A stretch of DNA of 64,000 nucleotides, taken from NCBI GenBank assembly GCA_043757365.1, contig JAYVPN010000107.1, forward strand, positions 73-64,072. The letters are read 5' to 3'. Position numbers and translations under genes: made by a program. Below, in pieces: positions 55,447 to 61,987 of the stretch (its first letter is position 1; each line of letters starts with the position of its first letter). The notes beneath the pieces were generated by a model. That model ran no database searches, was not told the DNA's origin, and worked only from the letters and a program-made list of their open reading frames with translations. Origin of the DNA: Gemmatimonadota bacterium (GTDB lineage: Bacteria; Gemmatimonadota; Gemmatimonadetes; Gemmatimonadales; Gemmatimonadaceae).

Positions 55447-57458
55447 TTCTTCTCCGCCTTTGCTGGCGCGCTCGCCGTCGGTGCGGGACCCTTCGACAGC
55501 GTGCCGGTGAGCGCCACGGTGCTTCCCGGCGCTGAGACGCGGACGTAACCCTGCATTTCTTGGTGCAGCGCCGAGCAGAAGTCGGTGCAATACATCGGGA
55601 AGACGCCGACGCGCGTCGGCACCCACTTCAGCGTGCGCGTCTCGCCGGGCATAATCAGCAGTTCTCCGTTCTGGTTGCCCATGACGGCGAACCCGTGGGG
55701 GATGTCCCAGTCCTGTTCGAGATTCGTCACATGGAACATCACCGTGTCGCCGAGCATCACGCCTTCGATGTTATCGGGGGCAAAGTGCGAGCGGATCGCG
55801 GTCATGCGGACGTGGACGATCTTGCCTTCGCGGCTGACGCCCGTCTCACGCTCGGAGCGTGCGATGTACTTGGTCGTGCTCGTCGCGAGTTTGAAGAACT
55901 TGACCTGCTTGTCCTTGAGCTTGCTCGCTTCGATCATGTTGCCGTAGTGCGGCTCGCCTTCGGTCGGGAAGTCGAGGAGAAGTTTCATCTTGTCGCCCGT
56001 GATGTCGTACAGCTGCGCACTCTGCGTCAGTTCGGGACCGGTCGGGAGGTAGCGATCCTTCGTGATCTTGTTCATCGCCACGACGTATTTCGGATTCGGC
56101 TTGCGCGTGCCGCCACCGGGAATCATGAGGTGTCCGACCGAGTAGTACGTCGGCGCGCGGTCGAGCACTTCCCACGTCCCCAGCTTCCACTTGACGATTT
56201 CCGAGCTGATGAAGAACGACGTGTAGGCGTTGCCCTTGCCGTCGAACTCGGTGTGGAGGGGGCCGAGGCCCGGATTCTTTACTTCACCGGCCAGTGTGGA
56301 CTCATACTTGAGCACTGGAATGCCGCTGATCTCGCCTTCGAACGCCTTAGCCTTGATGGCGGCGGTCATCTTGCTGAACGAGTGGACCGGAATGACCGAG
56401 GCCAGTTTGCCGCCGGCGACGATGTACTCGCCCGTCGGATCGACGTCGGCGCCGTGCGGCGACTTCGGTGTCGGGAGGAAGTAAATCGTTCCCGGGCATT
56501 GCTCGGGAAGCAGGTCGAGCACTGAGGTGATGTGTTCGGTCCGTGCGGTGCGGCTCAGCTCATCCATCACGTTGTGGATGTAGTCGACGGCGGTGTTCGT
56601 CCCCTTGCCGGCCTTCGCGCAGGCTTCGATCGCCTTCCAATTGACGGCGGCGATATAGTCCTTGTCATTCTGCGACGCGTTCACTTCGAGCAGCGAATGT
56701 GCCTGCTCCGTGTTGTACGTCGTGAGGAAAATCCAGTCGTGGCTCGGACCCTTGCCGGCGCGGGCGAGATCGTAGTTGAAGCCTGGGACGATCAACTGGA
56801 ACGCGACTCTCATTTTCCCGGGTTCATTCGCCGTGATAAAGGCGATCTGGCCCTTGAAGGCCTTCTTGAAATCGGCAATTGGAACGTCGCGATTCGGTAC
56901 CGGGAGGGAGAACCGGGTGCTCGAGACCGCGTATTCGCTGTTCTCGGTAATGAACGGCGAGCCGTGATTGCCGCCGGCGTTCGGAATCTCGATGATCTCA
57001 TCGGTCTCCATGCGGGTGAGATCGATGCGCGCGATGCGCGGCGTGTTGTTGGCGTTAATGAAGAGCCAACGGCCGTCGTCTTCGCCGTTCGTCTGCGAGA
57101 GCGCGGTATGATGCGAGTCGTCCCACGGAATGAAGCCGTATGACGTGTTGAGCATTCCCTTGGTTTCTTCATTGTATCCGTAGCCGTTCTCCGGATACTG
57201 CGAGAAGACCGGAATCGTCTTCAGGCGGCGTCCCGACGGAAGCCCATAGACGCTCACCTGTCCATTGAAGCCGCCGGAGAAGAAGGCATAGAACTCGTCG
57301 TAACTCCCCGGGGCGACGTACACGCGCTGCGCGGCATCGCTCGAGGTGACGAGTGACTTGTTCGCCCGGCCGCCGGTGCAGGCATATCCGACGACGAGCA
57401 ACGTGAGGGCGATCGCGAGACCGATCCCCGAGCGGAACAACAGTGTGCGAGATCTCAT
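55443..57458 (-). CDS. nosZ: nitrous-oxide reductase, Sec-type (clade II)
   Basis: 671 aa. Signal MRSRTLLF...VGYAC has no twin-arginine. Beta-propeller body. CuA site HGFAV...CTDFCSALHQEMQGY. Confidence 0.92.
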   Translation of the reverse strand: MRSRTLLFRSGIGLAIALTLLVVGYACTGGRANKSLVTSSDAAQRVYVAPGSYDEFYAFFSGGFNGQVSVYGLPSGRRLKTIPVFSQYPENGYGYNEETKGMLNTSYGFIPWDDSHHTALSQTNGEDDGRWLFINANNTPRIARIDLTRMETDEIIEIPNAGGNHGSPFITENSEYAVSSTRFSLPVPNRDVPIADFKKAFKGQIAFITANEPGKMRVAFQLIVPGFNYDLARAGKGPSHDWIFLTTYNTEQAHSLLEVNASQNDKDYIAAVNWKAIEACAKAGKGTNTAVDYIHNVMDELSRTARTEHITSVLDLLPEQCPGTIYFLPTPKSPHGADVDPTGEYIVAGGKLASVIPVHSFSKMTAAIKAKAFEGEISGIPVLKYESTLAGEVKNPGLGPLHTEFDGKGNAYTSFFISSEIVKWKLGTWEVLDRAPTYYSVGHLMIPGGGTRKPNPKYVVAMNKITKDRYLPTGPELTQSAQLYDITGDKMKLLLDFPTEGEPHYGNMIEASKLKDKQVKFFKLATSTTKYIARSERETGVSREGKIVHVRMTAIRSHFAPDNIEGVMLGDTVMFHVTNLEQDWDIPHGFAVMGNQNGELLIMPGETRTLKWVPTRVGVFPMYCTDFCSALHQEMQGYVRVSAPGSTVALTGTLSKGPAPTASAPAKAEKK

Positions 57459-57532
57459 ATGGCCTACCTCGTGCAGGAGTGGTACGCCGCGTCGATGGGG
57501 TTGTTGATCTTGACGTGCGGCCCGTCCAACAT

Positions 57533-57592
57533 AAGTTGCTTATTGCATACCACTTTTGACAGTAAGCAAAAGCCCCCGATGTGTGTCGGGGG
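57533..57592. promoter_or_regulatory. AT-rich nsrR-nosZ divergent control region with inverted repeat and hairpin
   Basis: TTGCTTA (57536-57542) and TAAGCAA (57563-57569) form an inverted repeat. AAGTTGCTTATTGCATA loosely resembles an NsrR half-site. CCCCCGA-TGTGTG-TCGGGGG hairpin at 57573-57592. Confidence 0.3.
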
Positions 57593-57616
57593 ATCCCCGG
57601 CCGCTCCGGAGCGACG

Positions 57617-58048
57617 ATGCGTCTGACCAAGCACACGGATTTCGGACTGCGGTGCCTCACCTTTCTCGCTGTGCACGACGAGGCGCCGGCAACCGTGCGC
57701 GACATCGCGGCGCGCATCGGGATCCCCGAGGACCACCTCTTCAAAGTGGTCGGCAAGCTGGCGCAGTGCGGCTACGTGCAAACCATTCGTGGACGGAGCG
57801 GCGGCGTTCGACTCTCGAGACCGGCCGCCGAAATCAACATTGGGCAAGTCGTACGCGATCTCGAGGAGAGCCTCGCGCTCGTTGCCTGCTTCGATCCGGA
57901 CGCCGAGCCGTGCCCGATCGCACCCGCGTGCGTGCTTGCCGGAACACTCGACGACGCGCTCGCCGCATTCTTTCGCGTGCTCGATGGAGTGACGCTCGCA
58001 ACGCTTGCAAAGCCGCGCCGCCGACTCGCCGTCCTCATGCGCGAGTAG
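57617..58048 (+). CDS. nsrR: Rrf2-family NO-responsive regulator (NsrR-like)
   Basis: MRLTKHTDFGLRCL N-terminus. Three-Cys cluster CFDPDAEPCPIAPAC. Confidence 0.8.
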   Translation: MRLTKHTDFGLRCLTFLAVHDEAPATVRDIAARIGIPEDHLFKVVGKLAQCGYVQTIRGRSGGVRLSRPAAEINIGQVVRDLEESLALVACFDPDAEPCPIAPACVLAGTLDDALAAFFRVLDGVTLATLAKPRRRLAVLMRE

Positions 58049-58196
58049 TCGCGCGGCAAGATCGCACGCCGTACTTACGCGACAATATGCAGCGCGCGGT
58101 GCAAGAACATGCCGCGCGTCCGGCGACGATTGGTGATCGCGTTCGCCTCGATTACCGTTCGGTATCCCGAACCGCCCTCTCCCGCGCACCGCACCC

Positions 58197-59411
58197 ATGG
58201 CCGCCGTCAGCGAAATCCTCGAAGCCGAAGGTCATCTCATCGACTCGGCGATTCTCAACGTCATCTTCGACACGGTCGTCCGTCTCGACGGCGAGTTCGA
58301 AGTGTTGACGTTCGACATTGGCCGCACGAACGACGCGCCGTCTCGCCTCGAGATCCGCGTCAGCGCGAAAGACAAGCCGGCGCTCACGACGCTCATCAGT
58401 GCGCTTATTCCGCTCGGCTGCCGCGTCGCGCGCGCCGGTGATGCCGCGGTGGAACTGGTCGCGAAGGACCGGTGCGCCCCCGAGTCGTTCTACTCGACGA
58501 CGAATCATCGCACCCAGGTTCGCCTCAACGGCAACTGGGTCGATGTCGGCCATCAGCGGATGGACGCGGCGATCGTCATCACCGGCGGCGCGGCCGCCTG
58601 TCGCAAGCTGCGCGATCTGCGCGTCGGCGACGCCGTGGTCGTCGGCGTCGAGGGCGTGCGCGTCGTCCCCGAGTTCAAAGAGCGCGATCGCCTTGGCTTC
58701 GCGTTCATGAACAACGAAGTGTCGTCCGAACGCCGCGTCGAAGTCGCCGTGAAGCGTGTTGCGACAATGATGCGTGACGTCAAAGCGATCGGCGGTCGCA
58801 TTGCGATCGTCGCCGGTCCCGTCGTCGTTCATACGGGAGGAACGCCGTATTTCAGTGAACTCATTCGCGGCGGCTATGTCGACGCCGTGCTCGCCGGCAA
58901 CGCGCTCGCCGTGCACGATATCGAACGCGAGCTCTATGGCACCTCGCTCGGCGTGAACCTCGACACCGGCATCGCCGTCGATGGCGGACATCGCCATCAT
59001 ATGAAGGCGATCAATACGATCACCACCGCCGGCGGTATCCGCGCCGCGGTAGAGCAGGGGGTACTGACGTCCGGCGTGATGTACGAGTGTGTGCAACACA
59101 ACGTGCCGTACGTCCTCGCCGGCAGTATCCGTGACGACGGCCCGCTCCCCGACACACTCATGGATTTGATCGAGGCACAGAACCAGTACACGGCCGCGCT
59201 CGAGGGCGTGCAGCTCGTGCTGATTCTCTCCTCGATGCTGCATGGTATCGGGGTTGGGAATATGCTCCCGGCGTGGGTGCGCATCATCGCGGTGGATATC
59301 AATCCGGCCGTCGTGACAAAGCTCGCCGACCGAGGGAGTGCACAGGCCGTAGGGCTGGTAACGGATGTTGGTTTGTTTCTGCGCGGGCTCGCTGAGCAGT
59401 TGCGGAACTGA
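58197..59411 (+). CDS. TIGR00300 / LOR-SDH conserved-domain family protein (ornithine cyclodeaminase-like in archaea)
   Basis: N-terminal EAEGHLIDSAILNVIFD. About 400 aa with a Rossmann-like C-terminal half. Recognised from memory only. Confidence 0.6.
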   Translation: MAAVSEILEAEGHLIDSAILNVIFDTVVRLDGEFEVLTFDIGRTNDAPSRLEIRVSAKDKPALTTLISALIPLGCRVARAGDAAVELVAKDRCAPESFYSTTNHRTQVRLNGNWVDVGHQRMDAAIVITGGAAACRKLRDLRVGDAVVVGVEGVRVVPEFKERDRLGFAFMNNEVSSERRVEVAVKRVATMMRDVKAIGGRIAIVAGPVVVHTGGTPYFSELIRGGYVDAVLAGNALAVHDIERELYGTSLGVNLDTGIAVDGGHRHHMKAINTITTAGGIRAAVEQGVLTSGVMYECVQHNVPYVLAGSIRDDGPLPDTLMDLIEAQNQYTAALEGVQLVLILSSMLHGIGVGNMLPAWVRIIAVDINPAVVTKLADRGSAQAVGLVTDVGLFLRGLAEQLRN

Positions 59412-59442
59412 ACTTCCCCTGCCGGGGTATGGCTTCGGCACC

Positions 59443-59760
59443 ATGATCTTCGCGCTCATCCAACGGCAAGCGATGCTTTGGGCGGTGTCCCGCGTTGTCA
59501 ACGGGACACTCTTGGTCTTTCAAGGATTGGCGACGTCGAAAGAAACGGCGGTCGCGCCGCTCGTTCCGCAGCTCCTGCACTGGCAGCCGGGCGCGATCCT
59601 GCTCGCCTGCGTACTCGGCGTCGTCGAGCACTATCGATTGCGCGAAGGCGTGTTGCTCGGGAACCTCGGAATTTCCACCGCGCAGTTCGCGACGATCGTT
59701 CTGCTCTCGTCCGTCACGTTCGAGACCGCGTTCGCGTTGGCGATGCGCGTGGTGATCTGA
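59443..59760 (+). CDS. small hydrophobic hypothetical protein
   Basis: 105 aa with 2-3 hydrophobic segments. Its stop overlaps the ATG of the ABC ATPase gene (TGATG). Confidence 0.4.
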   Translation: MIFALIQRQAMLWAVSRVVNGTLLVFQGLATSKETAVAPLVPQLLHWQPGAILLACVLGVVEHYRLREGVLLGNLGISTAQFATIVLLSSVTFETAFALAMRVVI

Positions 59761-60464
59761 TGTCACTCCTCGTCGCCGACAGCATCGCCAAATCGTTCGG
59801 CGAACGGCAGGTGCTGAGCGCCGCGACGCTGCGAGCGGTCCCCGGCCAGGTCCGCGTGCTCTTTGGCCGGAATGGGATCGGCAAATCGACGTTGATGAAG
59901 ATCGCCGTCGGACTCATTCAGCCGGACAGCGGTATCGTTCGCTACGCCGGCCGTGCGCTCCTGCGATCGACGCTCGCGTCGCTGGCTCGAGGGGGTCTCT
60001 TCTACCTCGCTGATGACGATCTCTTCTCTCCGGCGTTCTCCGTTCGACGACAACTTGGCTTCTTGAGCGCGCGGTTCGACGGCGTACCGGTGGAAGCCGC
60101 AGCGGAGCGCACCGGAGTCGGGCATGTCATCGATCAACGCCCATATCTGCTGTCGGGGGGCGAGCGACGCCGCGCTGAACTCGCCGCCGTGCTGGTTCGA
60201 CAGCCGAAGTGCCTGATTGCCGACGAGCCCTATCGAGGCATCAGCCCCAGGGACGCGGAGGAGCTCTCGGCAATCTTTCGGGAACTTGCCGCTGGCGGGT
60301 GCGCTGTGATCATCAGCGGCCACGAAGTGCACACGCTCCTCGACGTCGCCGACCACATCACATGGTGCACCTCGGGAACCACGTACGAGATCGGGACGTC
60401 CGAACAGGCGCGCGCGCACGAGGCGCTGCGCCGGGAATATCTCGGTCCCCGCAACACGCCATAA
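59760..60464 (+). CDS. ABC transporter ATP-binding protein (LptB-like)
   Basis: Walker A GRNGIGKST, signature LSGGERRR, and Walker B CLIADEP. Confidence 0.8.
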   Translation: MSLLVADSIAKSFGERQVLSAATLRAVPGQVRVLFGRNGIGKSTLMKIAVGLIQPDSGIVRYAGRALLRSTLASLARGGLFYLADDDLFSPAFSVRRQLGFLSARFDGVPVEAAAERTGVGHVIDQRPYLLSGGERRRAELAAVLVRQPKCLIADEPYRGISPRDAEELSAIFRELAAGGCAVIISGHEVHTLLDVADHITWCTSGTTYEIGTSEQARAHEALRREYLGPRNTP

Positions 60465-60535
60465 CCGCAAACGGCAAACGGACAACGGTAAACAGTACAC
60501 GCACCGTTGTTCGTCCATTCCGTCGCGCGCTGCCG

Positions 60536-61177
60536 TTACGCCGACAGCCGCACCGGATGTCCAACCCGAATCCATCCCGGCACGAGCACTCGCGCATTGA
60601 GCGCCAGCTTCCCGCCGAATCGCCGACCGATGTCTTTCAGCACTTCAGGGTCGCGCGTGATCGTGTCCGGATCGACCGTCGTCATTGGGCAACGTCCGCG
60701 CAGCGAGTCGAGCTCGATCACCGCTTCGCCGATCGTGAGAGTGCGTCCTTCCCAGTCACGCTCGGCCATGCCCTCCACGCCTCCGATGAGAATATTCGGC
60801 CGAAGTCTCCGCACATCACGACCGAACTCGGCGACCGCGCCGTCGGTTGCGACGAGGAGTGGGAGAATATCGAACCGTTCGAGGCCCTCGAAGGCGATCA
60901 GCTCGGCGTCCGCTCCAGCGGCTGTCTGCACCAACTCGAGCGCCGCCTCGCTGTCCCACCGATGGCCGTCGATCAGCGGCACGCCGTCGTCGCCAAGTGT
61001 GCCGTGCAGGCCGAGCAGCTGATAGTGACGCCGTGACGTGCGGAGCCCTTCGGGGCCACGCACGTGCACGACGCGATCCGCGGGAATTCCGTCGGATGTG
61101 ATGAGCGCATCGGTGATCGCTTCACCGGCGATCGACTTTACCGGGTAGCGCCAGAGTCCCGCGACGTGGAGCGGCAT
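60536..61177 (-). CDS. MOSC domain protein
   Basis: LWRYPVKSIAGE N-terminal beta-barrel and C-terminal RGRCPMTTVDP. Start is the ATG at 61177. Confidence 0.8.
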   Translation of the reverse strand: MPLHVAGLWRYPVKSIAGEAITDALITSDGIPADRVVHVRGPEGLRTSRRHYQLLGLHGTLGDDGVPLIDGHRWDSEAALELVQTAAGADAELIAFEGLERFDILPLLVATDGAVAEFGRDVRRLRPNILIGGVEGMAERDWEGRTLTIGEAVIELDSLRGRCPMTTVDPDTITRDPEVLKDIGRRFGGKLALNARVLVPGWIRVGHPVRLSA

Positions 61178-61258
61178 CAGGCCGCCGAGTCGGGCGCAAC
61201 TTCGACGACGACGATCACAGGCTGAATGCGGGGCATCGGAGTCTCGTGCGTGGATATC

Positions 61259-61288
61259 TGTATTATACCGATCGTTCGGTACAATACA
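61259..61288. promoter_or_regulatory. palindromic operator O2 (TGTATTATACCGA-TCGT-TCGGTACAATACA)
   Basis: 12 of 13 arm positions are complementary. Shares the TACCG/CGGTACAAT core with the palindrome at the tetR start. Lies upstream of the MOSC gene. Confidence 0.5.
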
Positions 61289-61325
61289 AAACCGAGCGCC
61301 GCAGCGCAAGAGGTGGGGCCGCCTG

Positions 61326-61904
61326 CTACCGCTTCGGCTTCGGCGCCGGCGCGAGGAGCGCGCCGGGAAGCTGTTTCAGTGTCCGCTCGAAGACGGCGGC
61401 ATCACCGAGTCCGCCAGCCAACACCAGCGCCCCCTCGATCCGCAGCACCGCGTCCTCCGCCCGATCGCGCGCCGCCGACCGCGGAATCCCCGCGTCCGTC
61501 AGTACCGCCGCGATCGCCGCGGTCCACTCGGTGAAGATCGCCTTGAGCTGACTCCCGAAACGCGACCGCGTGCTGCCGAGCACGAGCTGCGCGAGTACGC
61601 ACGACTCGTGCCCGTGACGATAGAACGCGTCAACGGTCCTGATCATCGCCGCGATCCGCTTTTCCGGCGTGCCGTCGGCGCGCAGTGGATTGAACACGTT
61701 GATCTGCAGGGAGACACCGAGGTGATCGAGCACCGCCCGCACCATATCATCCTTCCCTTCGGGGAAATAGTGGTACAGGCTCGACTTGCCGAGCCCGGTG
61801 GCCGCCGACAACTCGGCGAGCGACGCCCCGTCGTAGCCGCGGTAGCGGATCACCGTCATCAGGCGACTGACGACTTCGGTCTTGGAGAGGAGTGGGGCAG
61901 GCAT
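61326..61904 (-). CDS. TetR/AcrR-family transcriptional regulator
   Basis: HTH segment GYDGASLAELSAATGLGKSSLYHYF. Confidence 0.85.
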   Translation of the reverse strand: MPAPLLSKTEVVSRLMTVIRYRGYDGASLAELSAATGLGKSSLYHYFPEGKDDMVRAVLDHLGVSLQINVFNPLRADGTPEKRIAAMIRTVDAFYRHGHESCVLAQLVLGSTRSRFGSQLKAIFTEWTAAIAAVLTDAGIPRSAARDRAEDAVLRIEGALVLAGGLGDAAVFERTLKQLPGALLAPAPKPKR

Positions 61905-61923
61905 TGTACCGTATGGTACAATG
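61902..61923. promoter_or_regulatory. palindromic operator O1 (CATTGTACC-GTAT-GGTACAATG) containing the tetR start codon
   Basis: Perfect 9-bp arms. The minus-strand ATG of tetR is the outermost triplet of one arm. Confidence 0.55.
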
Positions 61924-61987
61924 GCGTGACGTTGCGCGCCAGACGCCCGGCGCCCATCTTCGCCCGGTCCCCCTCACGGAACTCCGA

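Noticed and set aside
57495-57520. FNR/DNR-type box upstream of nosZ (TTGATCTTGACGTG)
   Set aside because: Only one half-site (ATCAA on the minus strand) matches TTGAT-N4-ATCAA. The partner half is unrelated.
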